This document shows, piece after piece, positions 32,915 through 45,882 of a DNA stretch of 64,000 bases; positions within the stretch are counted from its first letter, which is position 1; every line of letters starts with the position of its first letter. Below the pieces are notes generated by a model that was not told where the DNA came from, ran no database searches, and worked only from the letters and a program-made list of their open reading frames with translations. Origin of the DNA: Moniliella sp. 'wahieum' (taxonomy: Eukaryota); the NCBI GenBank assembly GCA_003971905.1, contig RSEE01000099.1, positions 62,001-126,000 on the forward strand. The letters are read 5' to 3'. The position numbers and the translations under genes are program-made.

Positions 32915-35402
32915 ATGTCCCTTCCTGGCGCTCCCAGTACAGGCACAGGCACAGGCACAGGTGCGGGTGCGGGTGTGCCCTCGCCGGCGCGCAAACGCGA
33001 TGCCGACATGGAGAAACTGCTGAGTGACCTGGACAACCTGGCGCCGCTTGCTTCGCGTGCGTCCGAAAGCGGCGGCCGGGTCCCGCCCGAGCTGATTGAG
33101 CCTGCTGCGACTGGCGACGCGCCCGATGCCCAGAGTTTGCTCGACGACTTGGACTCGCTCGTGCAACGGCGGCCGCAGAGTCGCGGCGTGGCCGGGATGG
33201 CGTCGGCGTCTCCTTCGACGCTCACGCCTACCCGGGTCGTGGGCGTCGGCGGAACTGGAGGTCCGTCTCGTGCGCCCGGCTCAGGCTCAGCTTCCACGCC
33301 TCGTACCTCCCTCTCGGGCTCGCTTCAGCGTGGGACCGGGACTGGTCTTGCTTCGGGATCGGCCTCGCCGGCGTTGGCTCCTGCCACCCCTACACCCACC
33401 CGTTCTACGCTCCCGAACCGTATCGGTTCCACTTCGCCGGCACTTACTTCGACCCCTGTGCCTGTGGCTACACCTACATCCCCCGCTGCTGCCGCTAGCC
33501 CCGTGCCGTCTGCGCCCGAACCGAAGTCCACATGGGGCGGCTGGGGTCGATGTGGAGCCAAGCGACCAAGTTGGCGGACCAAGCGCGTGCGGAGCTGGAG
33601 CGGCACACCTCCTCCGAGCTGGCCAGCGCGAAGGAAGCCGCTGAAAGCCAGCACCACCGTCTTGGAGAGTTGAGTGCGTTGGGCGGCGCGCTCGGTGCGC
33701 GCGGATGGGACTTGGCGCGCAACGTGCAGCATTATGTCCAAGAACAGTCGGGGCTGGATTTGGAAAAGATCGGGAACCAAGTGAGCGAGGTGGGCCGACG
33801 TGGGTTTACCGAGTTGATCCAAGCGGTTTCCCAGCCGGTGGCGGAACATGATATCTTGCAAGTGCAAGTGAGCCATGGTGCGTACCATTTTCCTGGTTCG
33901 GAGCGGCGGAAAGCAATGCGAGGGGACTAACGAGCTGAACGGGGGGGGACTACTTGTGGTGTGTGTGCGTGTGCAATGGAACCAGATATGGATGGATACG
34001 AGGGCATTGTGGATGTTGTGTTCCAAGCGATGAGTCGGGTGCTGGAGCATCGCGTAGCGATTCGTCGATTGAACATCACCTCATTGCGGACCGGGTGTAC
34101 CTGACGCCCGAGCAGGCGCAGAGGACACCTACCGAACGCAACCTTCATCCCGTACAAGGGTTGGACCAAGGTGCCCGCCACGCCCACCAGATTATCCAGC
34201 AGCTCGTCCACCTTTCTTCCTCCCACGGGCCCAGCGATCCCAGCCAAAAGGAGAAAGACAAGATTGACGAGATTAGGCAGTCGGCCCAGCAGCCCCACTC
34301 CAGCCCCAACACCACCACCAATACCAATCAGGACAAGGACAACGGTGAGGACGAGAAGACCGTTGCCACGCCCACGCAGGTCTCCACTTCGACCGATACG
34401 ATTTACTTGCGTTTGCAACCGACGTATGCGCCGCTCCCGTGGGGTTCGGGCAAAGCGCCCTCGGATCCCAAGGCGGAACATCTGTTTTTCCTCCTTCACC
34501 TGTTTGACCCCACGCACGACTTGACATTTACCACACTCAGCCAGCCGATTCCTACTTCGTTCTGTACGTGTTCCTTCTTTGCCGCTGGATGGCCCGTTTC
34601 TCCGTTGTTGACACTGACACTATGAAATAGTCGAGGTATCGTTTGAGGAAAACGTGTGGGTGGAACAGAGCTTGACCGATGTGGTAGAGGTGGCTGTGGG
34701 CGTGCTTAACGACGTTTTTCCCCTTCCCTCCTTCCCTCCTTCCTTCCTTCCCTCCCCCCCCCCTGTCCGCTGAACTACGATACTGACCTGCTCCCTCTGC
34801 TCTCCTTTGGCCGGCAATAGGAGTACTTGGGCGCCCGCCTCGCGCCGTACCGCCGAACAAGAGGAAAAGAAGAACCAAGCTCCGCTCTTGGAGCAGCCTG
34901 CGCAGCCTGCGGCTTGAGCAAGCAGGTGCTGGAGCAAGTGCAAGCGCAAGCGCAAGCGCAAGAGCGGCCCACGTTCCTTTTGGACCCCGCCGTACATGGT
35001 TGGGACCACGAATGGCCTGGGCCCGTGTCCTGGCGTACAGGAGCAAGGTATAGGAGCAACGTACACACCCCGCCCCTGAACCCACCCTTGAGCCTACGTT
35101 TGAACCCAGCCCTGAATCCACCAACCCACCACCCTGTTGGTGGACAACCGCTCGCGGTGGGCCGGGTGGGCGAAGCAACCGTTTGGGAACCTACGGAATC
35201 AACTCGCACCTCTACGGGTGTAGGTACGCCATCTTTGATAGTATGCAGTCGAGCGGAAAAAGAATGGGAAAGGAGAAAGGAAAGGGAAAAGGGAAGGAAA
35301 AGGAAAGGAAAAGGAAAGGAAAGGAAAAGGAAAGGGAAAGGGAAGGAAGAAGAAGCAAGAGACAAAGTAGAGCAAATAAAGCAGCAGCCGAAGCCTGAGT
35401 AG
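32915..35402 (+). CDS. MTC1: Mtc1-like (maintenance of telomere capping 1) protein; introns 33878-33985, 34564-34630 and probably ~34710-34820; end uncertain
   Basis: WGGWGSMWSQATK, AVSQPVAEHDILQVQVSHDMDGYEG (spliced), IYLRLQP, HLFFLLHLFDPTHDLTFTTLSQPIP, WVEQSLTDVVEVAVGV...EYLGARL. Confidence 0.78.
35266..35355. repeat. Polypurine (GGAAA)n-like tract
   Basis: About 90 nt of almost exclusively G/A. Confidence 0.85.
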
Positions 35403-36185
35403 GGTCCAGCGTGCGTCACTTGGAGACGTGCCTGTGGCTACGTCTTGATGAGAGGAATGAGCACTTTTTTCTTTTTCTTGTGTCTTATTTCTTGTTTTCT
35501 TGTTCCTTATTTCTTGGATCTTGTTTCTTCCCGGACAAGTGGGGAGGGCGGGGGGGGGGGGGGGGACAAAGGAAAGCAGAAACGGCGATTGATCGCCTGA
35601 ACAGTGAAGGGCGGTACGGTGAACAGGACGGATGGATGAACAGTAGGCAATGAAGGCACACCAAAAAGGCACAATGGGAACGAGAGAAAGAGATGGAAAT
35701 GAGAGAAAGAGGAAGTCAAAAGACGAAAGTCGAAGAGGAGGGGGGGGGGAAGATGATGGACAGTGACAAGTGACATGGATGGCGCATGGGTGGATGTGTG
35801 GAGGAGATGATCAATGACAATAGCATGGGACATGGGACAGGGTGCCAGAGGCCAGGCGCAAGAAGAAAATGACACAAAGGTGACAAGCCAGCCAGAGCAA
35901 GGGGGGCAAAGGCACACAAAAGAGACCCAACCCAACCAACGAACCGAATCGAATCGAATCGAAAACAAAAGAAAGACAAACACAACCAACCGAAATGGAG
36001 CCCGAACCTGAAGCACCCCGAACCGTGCAGCCGAGGCCAACCGAAACCCGAAGAAGAAGAAAAAGTACGCAAGAAAGGGGCAAAAGGCAACAAAGAAAGA
36101 TAAAGTAGATGGGTTCTAACCTCAGTCCCCGTACCACCGTCCCCAACCACGCCACGCCACCCGATCGCGGTTGTACGTAAATGCA

Positions 36186-37409
36186 CTACGCTACCCTAGG
36201 CGACCAAGTTGTGGAGCCAGCGAGACCAGCGCTTGACCGTGGGGGACGAACGCGAACGGATGCGACGGATGCGACGCATCGCGGATTGGACGGATGGGAG
36301 GGACTAGTTCGGAGCCTGAACCAGTGTACGAGAAGGACAAGAGCCGGTCCGAGGAACCCCAACAATAACGAAGTCGATTTCGATTTCGCCTGGTTTCGCC
36401 TTGGTCTGGGGCTGGGGCTGGGACTGGGCCTGGGACTTGTCCTGGGCACTGATCTTGGCCTTGGCCTTGGCACGGGCCTTGTCCTTATCGGTTTCCTTGG
36501 AGCTGGAGACAACCTGGGCGGATGCGGACGCGGACGTAGTCGGAGCCGCACGGGTAGGGGCAACAGAAGTAGATGGCCCAGGCAGAGCAGAGGAAGAGGC
36601 AGGAAGGTCGCGCGGTGCTGCGAGGTCCCATGCTTGCCATGCAGGTAGCGATGCGAGTTGGGTGCTTGTGCGACAAGGACGAGGACGATTGGGGGGGATT
36701 GGGGATGAGATTGGGATTGGGATTGGGAGTGGGGATGAGAATGGGAGTGGGATGCCGACGCAGCTGCGGCAGCCGCGTACTTTTTGCGAGCCAACTCATT
36801 TTGCGCCCGAGCCGTCTGCGGGGTGGAAGGTTTGATGCCGGCGGCGGCCGAGCGTTCCAACTGCTGCCGTTCCTTGCTCCACATTTTTTGGGTAAATGCG
36901 TACATGTGAGCGGCGTAGCGGTCTTGCTTGGCCACCCATTCGGGTGTTGGGGCAGGCGGCAGCGAGGGCGCTGGCGAGGGCGGCAGTGGCGGAGAGAGCG
37001 ATAGCGGCGGTAGTGCGGACACTGGCGGCGCTGACAAACCACTCAGCTTGGGCTTGGACGGTCCGACGAGCTGCACCGGTTCAATTGGCGGCTGGGGTGG
37101 CCCGGCGGGCATAGAGGGCAGGGCTTGGGTGGCAAAGTGGGTGGAAGAAGGGGTAGGCACGCCGGTTGGGTGGTCCGATCCACACGAAGGGGAAGAGGCC
37201 AGGTACGGTGTGGATTCACCTGATTCACCCGATTCGCGAGAGGGATTAGAGCGGTCGCATGCGCCGGATGAAGGTTCGGTAGAAAGGGGGGCGCGAGCAT
37301 CGTCCGACGTGGAGAGGGCCTCGGCGCAAGGCAAAGACGAAGGTGAAGACGAAGGAAGCGTGTGGTTGGAGTCGGGGTGGGCAAGACCCGTGGACTGGTC
37401 CATCGTCAT
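36186..37409 (-). CDS. Hypothetical Pro/Ser-rich low-complexity protein (3' frame uncertain)
   Basis: Open frame from MTMDQSTG, containing one ordered-looking helix EWVAKQDRYAAHMYAFTQKMWSKERQQLE, followed by a pyrimidine-rich 3' region. Confidence 0.45.
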   Translation of the reverse strand: MTMDQSTGLAHPDSNHTLPSSSPSSLPCAEALSTSDDARAPLSTEPSSGACDRSNPSRESGESGESTPYLASSPSCGSDHPTGVPTPSSTHFATQALPSMPAGPPQPPIEPVQLVGPSKPKLSGLSAPPVSALPPLSLSPPLPPSPAPSLPPAPTPEWVAKQDRYAAHMYAFTQKMWSKERQQLERSAAAGIKPSTPQTARAQNELARKKYAAAAAASASHSHSHPHSQSQSQSHPQSPPIVLVLVAQAPNSHRYLHGKHGTSQHRATFLPLPLLCLGHLLLLPLPVRLRLRPRPHPPRLSPAPRKPIRTRPVPRPRPRSVPRTSPRPSPSPSPRPRRNQAKSKSTSLLLGFLGPALVLLVHWFRLRTSPSHPSNPRCVASVASVRVRPPRSSAGLAGSTTWSPRVA

Positions 37410-40183
37410 TTCTCCAGCAACGGCCGGGGGAGTGAGTGGAGCGATGGGGGGCCGGTCCAGGGGACAGAGACGGACTGGATGCGAAAGGGGCGCAGCGTAG
37501 GGCTTTCGTCTAGAGACGGTTGCGGCTCGTGCTCGGGCTCGGGCTCGCGGGGGGGAAGCTGGGAGTGGTGCCAAGCGTGGACGGGCCTGTGCCTCGGGGG
37601 GAGGGAGAGGGGGAACCTGCGGCGGCGCGAGGAGCGAGAGGAGGCAGGAGCAGATGGGGGGTCGGCAGACGGGAGGAGCAAGGACGGGGGCATGCTGAGG
37701 GTGCGCTGGTGTGTGTTGGCCGGGGATGCGGATGCTTCGGCCATGGCGGGCAGAGACGTGCTGGGGGAGGCGCGGGCGGAGTGGTGGGCGCGGGTGGCGG
37801 CAAAGGATGCTCGGCGGGCGAGCTGGGAAGAAGGGTCGCGGAGGCTGATGCGCGGGCGACGAAGGCCTGGCCGCCGATGGGCACGACGGCGGGCGGGTGG
37901 GAGTAGGAGTGGCGGTTCCCCGCGGGAGGGGGGTGGGGGCGGGCATGGGCGGAGGGTGGTGGTGGGGGAGGGGGGGAGAGGGAGAAGAGGGAGAGGGGCA
38001 GGCAGGGGCAAGAAAAGAAGCGGCTGAGCACGGCGTGTGGAGACGAACACCGGGACGAAGGGGCATGGAGGATGCAATATCCATGCGAGAGGGATGAGCA
38101 GGCGTATGACGCACGTCGAAAACCATCAGGCGGCGCGGTTAGACTTAGATTAGCACGCCCACTCGGCCCCTGCCCGCGCCCTGGGCCGTACTCGTATGCA
38201 GCGGCTGGGCACGGGGGCGCACTCTGGCGGGTGCTGTCTCGGGCTGCGCATCAGCAATTCATGCGCCATTAAACAAGTACAAGTAACCAGCGGTGACGCG
38301 TGACGCGGTGACGGGCTCAGCTCAGCCGCTGCTCCGCTGCCGCACTGAACCCACGCACGGCGCCCCCCCTGGGCTCAGCTGAGCACAAGCAGCGCTGACG
38401 TCAGCCCTCAGCGGCCGTGCCGAGTGCTCGCTGTCCGCTCAGCATCGCCGCATTATGATGGGGTGACGCTGGTCACACTCACTCCCACTGGCCGCTGGGA
38501 CTGGCCCATGGCCGCCGCAGCACCCAACTCAGCACTCAGCACTCCACTCAGCACGCGTCCCAGCCGCCCGGTCAGCACCATGATATGGCGCCACGTCCTG
38601 GCGCACCCCTTGGCCGCACGTGTAATCGATTACTTCATCCGCATTTCTTCCTCAGGCCCCACCAAGAAGCACTTGTGTTTTTTGCGTCTTCGGCGACGGA
38701 TAGAGCACCCCCGCATCAAGCAGCGCATCAGCCCACCCCCCGTCTCCTGCCACCCCTTCTTCTGTCTCGCCCGCACGCCATGCACCGACGCACTCTACAG
38801 AAACCACGCAACTTGGATTGCATAGCCAACAACCCTCCTTAGCATTACTAGCTCAACTGGTACTGGGCGATCAGGCTGAGCGCACGTACTCAAGCTTCCA
38901 GCTTCCAGCTTCAAGCTCCAAGCTTCATGCACTCATGTATAGTGTGTCGCAGCATGTGCATTCTGCACCACAGGACACCGAGGTGTTCGACTCTGGTGTG
39001 CCAGGGCTCAGCGCGCTGGTCCTCAATGTTAAGCTGAAACCCCCACTCGGACCCACTCGGCCCTATAATAGCTCTGCCTCTAGTCCGTCTGGCAGCTTGA
39101 TGTGCGTACTGTTGTTGCTCACTCATCGACGATCAAAAGGCGATCCATAACTACAGCCACACGGCTCGGGTGAGTGAGCGTTTTGAGCATAGGCTGAGTG
39201 AGGCGGGTGGGATTGCCCAGCACCGACGGTACGACTTGACGCGAGGTTGAATGTTGTACGTTGACGTTGAAGGCGCTCGTTTCTCCCACTGGGTGGAGTC
39301 TGTCAAAGCACATTTGCCAAGGCTTGCCTGGACCTCTGTAGGGTCGCGCGCGTGGTTAGACTTGGTGGGGCAGTGAGGCTTCAAAAACTTCAAGCTTCAG
39401 CCTGAAGCTTGAAGACGATGGCAGGGGAAGATCCTGAGAATCTGTGTGTCGCAATGAGACAGCCTTGCGGGGATAAGTACAAAGTACTTTGGTAAGTACT
39501 AAGTATCGAGTTCATAGCATTTGCAACATGTATACGAGAGAGAAGGTCGAGACGGACAAAAAGAAACGCCGCGCGTATCTCATACCGCCAACTTTGCGCA
39601 TCCGACAGCTACTCAGTCGTGCCAACTCAAATCAGAGGTTAGTGGAGCCGCCTGCAGATCAAGACGTGTCGATCGTTTGGCGGCACAATACCCGCCTGTC
39701 GTAGTCATGCAATGATCATTACGCGTTCAATACTGCCTTACCCCTCCATGTGTCATTAACGGTGCCAAAAACGTTGCTGGAACGGGGACCTGAACGGCGG
39801 CGGTCAAAGATGGTTTGTTTTCAATACGGACCCTAGCTGGGCCGTCAGCCTAGTGGTCATCGAGAGGTCATCAAAAGTATATATGGGTAGTATAGCTGCG
39901 CCCACAACCATTTTATCTCGATCTTCTCACTGCCCTCCACTGATCTGATGCATGATGGATCACTAGGATCCGTTCTCTCAACATCCAACACTTCTTTCAT
40001 ATACATAACTGGACTGTCTATCTGTTGAATGTCAAATCCTATGCTTCAAGGATATAGATGATGGGCTTGACAGCATGCGATTCCAAAGATCAAGTGGGCA
40101 GGCAACGCCATGATACACTTGTGTTCAATGAGCATGTACTAGGTGAGGCCTTAGGCCTTAGGCCTTAGGATGCATCCGAGAGG

Positions 40184-41343
40184 TTAGGCGGACGAGGCCG
40201 CCCGCTTGGCGCGGCGCGCGGCCGTGGTCTTTTCCGACGCTTCGCGCACGGCCAAGTGAGTTGGTACGTCTTGGTAGCGTCTTCGAACGAGGACAGGATC
40301 TTGGCCGATCCGGGGCTCTCGACGTTATCAATCAGAGCCGACACTTCCGAGTAAAACGGGTCGTCCTCCAAAACCGGAACACTTCGTCCTTGTCCGAGCC
40401 AGGGAGCGGACGTAGAGGGGGATCGTTGTACGGGTCGTTCAAGCGAAGCGAGTATCCGTCGGCCAACACGTCGAGTTGGTCTGGTACTCGGTACCCTACC
40501 CAGAGCGACGGCGTGCATCAAGCTTCCCACCGCGCCCGAGGTGTAGGTCCAGTTGGCCGAGGTGACACGAGGAATCGTGGTCGGGAGGAATGATGCTTTC
40601 GTCGACGGGCACCTTGCTCAGCTGGCCCGGCGCTTCATCGTGTTCGAGTGCAATGGCCTGGATCGAATCCAGGTCCACGTCGCCACCAAAGTAGCGGCTG
40701 AGATCACAAAATGCGTGGCCTGCTCCACAATGGGACCAAGGTCTTTGGACTTGTCCCACCAGGCCGGCTTGGCTGTGTGCTCGTACGCCATCACGTACCG
40801 TGCATTGGTCGCCATGACGGTCAAGTGGTTCTCCTCAATGATCGACTTCATCTTCTGCACCACCTTGAGGTAGCGAAGCATGTAGCCTACGCTCTTGGGT
40901 GCCGGCGCGGCCGCCAGTTCCTGCGACACTTGCAGTGCTTGCGCCACCTCGCCGTCGACACAGGCTTCTCAATAAAGATAGCCACGTCGGGGAACGTGGC
41001 CAGCAGCTGCTCCTCCAAGTTGCGGCCTGGCTCCGTGCGGCCACGGAACGCCGGCGGCGCACACACCCAAAAGCATTCGGCTTGATCTCCGCCACGTCGC
41101 CCGATTGGACAAACGCATCCAGGTTGGCATACACCCCGTCTGTCGTACGCGCCCTTGGTGCCTTTGTCGGCGCGCTCTTGGCCAACTCGCTCTCTCCACA
41201 CGGTCCTTGGCCGGATCAATCACGGCCACCACCTTGAGACGCTCACCGAGCTTGCGCTCGAGGCGCAGCGAGTTGTTCCACGGCCTTCGGGCGTGCCGAA
41301 AAACACATTGCCGCCGCCGATAGCGACCACGGAAGGTAGACAT
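40184..41343 (-). CDS. Gfo/Idh/MocA-family NAD-binding oxidoreductase
   Basis: VVAIGGGNVFFGTPEGPWN, IFIEKPVS, SVGYMLRYL, GPIVEQATHFCDLSRYFGG, DDPFYSEV, ILSSFEDATKTYQLTW. Confidence 0.88.
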
Positions 41344-42861
41344 GTGGGAAAGTGTGGTGTGAGTGGGGGGGGCGGAGTTGGGAGAGAGAGGGTGTGTTGT
41401 GTGGGAACGGAAAGGGGAGGGGCAAGGGCGGAGGAGGTGTTAAAATAGGTGGTTTGACCCGAGGGGCCGTGCGCACGCGATGGGAACAAAGTGGGGGGGG
41501 GGGGTACAGGCGGCGGCGGGGAGGGGAGGGGCTGCTGTGGGCCAGCGTATTGGGCCCCTGTACACCACACCGCTCCCGTCGCGCAGAAGCAGTGTCCGCA
41601 ATTTAGCTCCGCCCGATGCTGCGCCCACCCGCCGGGTGCCCACGCCGCCGAGCCTACCTAAGCATCCCCTCTCCCCTGCGGCCGCACTGCCGCTGGACAC
41701 GCCCCCTCCTACTCCCCGCACACCCTCGCGTCCCCGCCCCCCCCCCCCGTGTCCCGTCGGCGCACGCTTGATTCGCCACAGGACCACAGGGAAAATAAAG
41801 AGCACGAGAGCACGACTGTGCATACTCGGTGCAGTTGTAGGCAGTAGAACCCTGTGGCTATATAATAGTAGTAGCTCCTTGGCCCAAACGAAAAGGGGGG
41901 CTGTGTATGGGTCGGTCCCGTTATTCTTTTCCTTCGTCCATCACTGCATCATCCATTCCTCGACTCCCCATCCAGACGCTCTCCGTATAGGAATCTGATT
42001 GTGAAGGTCTTGGTCGTGGATATGGCACAAAAACACAACAGAAGATAAGATTGAAGCCGCTGTGTGGTAGGAAAGGGAGCTGGGGCAATAGACTTGATGT
42101 TTTTTTTGTTGGAAGAACGCTGGGTATAGACACCATCGTGATCGCGCGAAGCTGCACGGCATTTCTATATCCCTACGAACGGAAACTGTCGCATCACAGC
42201 CCCCCCGGAACGTCCGTCGGGTCGGCTCGGCATGATCCAGGCTAAGTGCCGAGCACAGACTAATGATGATGATATCGATGATGCATCATTGATAGGCGTG
42301 CAGAATCTGTCGCGCTCTGCCCCTCCATTGGTTGCGAGAAGCGCCTTTCCCAACCCCTCGCGGTGAGATACACATCAGGCCTTTGAGCCGAGGCCCCAGA
42401 GCGCCTGAGCTCTGAGATCCGACAGGTCAACGTAATACGATCACAACGTCCCACCCGTCTATCTTGGTTGCCGTCCGATCGAGTGGGGAATAGCATGCGG
42501 CCCCGCGAGGTGCTGGGACGACTACTGGCCTACCAGAGGAGCGGGGCTCGTGCGCGTCGCAGCTTCAATGCCAACCCACCGCCGATCCATCCGTCACCTT
42601 TGGTTCACCCTGAACGCCATGGCCCTGCTGCTTCGTACTACCATGCCCCCCGTGGGCCTGCAGTTTCGTGTGCAATCGATCGCCAGTTATATCCCACTGG
42701 GGCCTGTGCGCATTTTAGCACCCACAGAGTGCCCTCGCATTTCCTGGATGGAGAAGGACGCGTCGGTGCAGATTCCAAAATGTATAGTACGCTACGAGCC
42801 CCCCCCAAACCGTGCCACCAACATTCTTCCCGCCAGAGGCGCAGATAGATTGCACAGAACA

Positions 42862-45119
42862 CTTAGCGCGGCCCAGGCGCCCGGGAGCACGACGGTTCTG
42901 GTTGTTCATGCTAACGATGAGCGACTTGTACTTATCTACGCTTCCGTAGAACTTCTCAACGTTGCCCTTGTTGCACACCCAGAGCTCGTCGAGACAGTTG
43001 TTGATGAACGCTCGTCGTGGGAGATGACGATCACTCCCCCGTTCCAAACCTTGATCGCGCCCGTGAGAGCATCGAGACCATCAATGTCCAAGTGATTCGT
43101 CGGCTCGTCCAGTAACAGCACGTGCGGTCGCGACATGGCCAAATGGGCAAACGCAACACGCGACTTTTGTCCTCCGACAGCGTCGCAATCTTCTGCAAGC
43201 CCGTCATGCCAGTGATGCCAAACGCGCCCAACTGCGACCGGTACTCTTGTTCGCTCAGGCCAGGGTGCTGCGACATGAGGAAGCCGACGGGCGACATGGA
43301 CAGGTCAAGCTGGTCAACGTGGTGTTGGGTGAACAGGCCGACGCGCAACTTGTTGTTCCGCTTCTGGTCGCCCTTGGTCGGGGTTAGATCGCCCACCAGG
43401 AGCTTCATCAGTGTCGATTTGCCGCTTCCGTTGGACCCAATGATGGCAATGCGCGATTGCTGGGTCACATCAATTGATGTTGTGCAACAAGGGCTTGTCG
43501 GGCGTGTAGCCAAAGCTGACATTGTCCAGCTGCAGAAGGGGAGGCGACAGTTTCTCCGTCTCGGGTAGACGGAAAGTAACCACCTTTTCTGCCTCGGGGG
43601 ATCGATAATTGGCATCTTCTCCAACTCCTTCATCTTACTCTGGGCCTGCGCAGCCCGGTTGGCATTGACACGCCAGCGATCAATAAACGCTTGCAGGTGA
43701 GCGCGCTTGGCCTGGTTGGCCTCATACTCGCGCTGCTGGTTCTTGCGCCGCTCTTCGCGCGTTTCGTAAAACTGATCAAAGTTGCCCTTGTAGTAATCCA
43801 GCCGCTCCGAGTGTTGGTGGATAATGTCGGTGGCGACCCGGTTGAGGAACGCACGGTCGTGCGAGACGACGAGCAACGTCCCGTCCCACTCGTTGACCAA
43901 GTAATCTTCCAGCCACGCAATCGCGTTCAAGTCCAGCATGTTCGACGGTTCGTCGAGCATGAGCAGGTCCGGCTTGCAGAACAGCGCCCGGGCCAACGCC
44001 AACCGCATTCTCCACCCACCGAGAAGGAGCTCGTCGGCCTCGACTGGTCCGACTCGTCAAACCCAAGACCATACAGCAAGCTGGCAGCGCGCGCCGGGCC
44101 CGTCTCAGCCTCCATATCCACCAACGACGCCTGCACTCCCCCAGTCGAGACGACAGTTGTTCCCGCTTGATCTCCCTCTGTCGGGTGGGGAGGTCAACAG
44201 CGGATCCTGTGCCTTCTCCAGCTCCGGCAGCCGCAGCAACGGCCGCTGCCGCATCTGCCTCTAGCTTGTTGAGTTCCGCCTCGATCTGCTTTTCTTCCGA
44301 GATGAGTCGGTCCCCGCCACATCCGCCTTGAGCACCGACTCGAGTGCCGTCGTCTCGTCCCCGACATCTCCTGTTCGACATAGAGGAGACTGACGTTGGT
44401 GGGAATCGGCACCTCGCGCAGTGCCATGAAGCGCAGCAGCGTTGATTTTCCAATGCCATTCACACCACACAGGCCGTACCGCCTGCCCTGGGCCAGGTTG
44501 AGGTTGGCACCAGAGAGAATGCGTTTGGAGCCAAAGGTGATATCAATTGGGCAGGTTGATGTCCTTGCTGCCTCCGCGTCGTGCTTCGAGCGGGTTGACC
44601 TTGAGGAACATTTCCTCGTACGACGTTTGCTCCTGGGCCGACTGGACCAACTTGCTGCTCTCGTACAAGTCACGCTGGGCCCGCTTCGCGATCTTTTGTC
44701 GTGTCTTGGCCTCTTGCTTGGCAAGTTTCTTCACGTCGACCGTCGTCCGACCAGCCTTCTTGCCACCAAGACTCACGTCCACCCCGCCTCGTGTCAAACG
44801 CCGTCTTGGAATCGCCCAGGCCGGTGCGCATGTCCACCACATGCTCCAGCCGCACCAGGCCCGAGGCGTCCTCGCCGTCCTTGGGCATCTTGTCCGCCAC
44901 AATCTTCGCGAGCTTGGCAAGGAGCGTATCAAGCGTCTGGGGCTTGACGGGGGTGCCGCGGGTGGCGGATTCGAGCATGGGCCGCACAATGTCCGAAATC
45001 ATGTCCTGCCCGGGGTCCAGGTCGGTGGCCACATCGTCAATGTACCCCGCAAGGTACTCGGACACGGGCGCGTCGAGGCTGGGCAGCGCAGAGGCGAGCA
45101 GCTGCTGCGTGGTGGCCAT
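42862..45119 (-). CDS. GCN20: ABC-F translational regulator GCN20/ABCF3 (end approximate)
   Basis: Two ABC cassettes: [76 protein letters not shown]. It has no TM segments and a GCN20-like N-terminal extension. Confidence 0.92.
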
Positions 45120-45391
45120 GGCAGACCACAGGCAGGCGTGGGCGAGCGCGGCGGGAGCTTCACGCCGAGCTTGACGATGTGCTTGAGGATGAGCTTCGCT
45201 TCATGCCGTACTTGAAGCGCCACCAGGCGGAGTGGAAGCGGCCCGAAAAAGGCGGAACCTCCCCCCGCGGCGGAACGGGGCCGGGGCGGAATGCGCTGCG
45301 CTGGGCGCGTCGACGGTCTTGCGCTCCACGAGGCTCCACCTGGCAGCCCCCCATCTGCCCCGACCCCCGCTCCCTCCCTCCCCTCGGCACC

Positions 45392-45882
45392 ATGTCCCTC
45401 GAGGCACGCAAGTTTGACAGCAGCAACCCCATCCACCCCGAGCTGGTGCGCCCCTATAAGCTGCCCGATACCTGGACGCAGGTGGAGAGCGACTTGTTCG
45501 GCAACCTGCTCGGCTCGGGCGCGATGATCAGTGGAGTGGGGCTGTTGTTCAAGCAGCCCATGCTTGCCTTTGTCGGGTTCTTCTTTGCGGTTGCCCACTG
45601 GGTCCATGACAAGCCTTATTCCCGCGGAACCAACAAGGACACCTCGGGTGGCAGCCCCGCCATCTCGGTACTGTACGTGTGACGTTGCCTTTTCCCTTTT
45701 CCCTTCTCCCTCTTACTTTCGCTGTGGGGGGGAGGGGAGGGCTGAAACCAAAGGCCCGGGACTGCCGGTGTGGTTTCCTGTTCTGAGATGCTGACCGTGT
45801 CGACTCGATCTCCAGATTCGCCAGCTTGGCCATGCTGAGCGCAATGGTCCCCAAGATGATCAACCTGCCTGATGGATTGTGA
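45392..45882 (+). CDS. Small membrane protein resembling PAT-complex subunit Asterix (UPF0139/WDR83OS); intron 45673-45815
   Basis: About 115 aa: NPIHPELVRPYKLP, then hydrophobic segments MISGVGLLFKQPMLAFVGFFFAVAHW and ISVLFASLAMLSAMVP; clean GTACGT...CTGAC...CAG intron. Confidence 0.6.

Noticed and set aside
40149..40169. CCTTAGG x3, telomere-like
   Set aside because: Only three units, not TTAGGG, and internal to a 3' flank.
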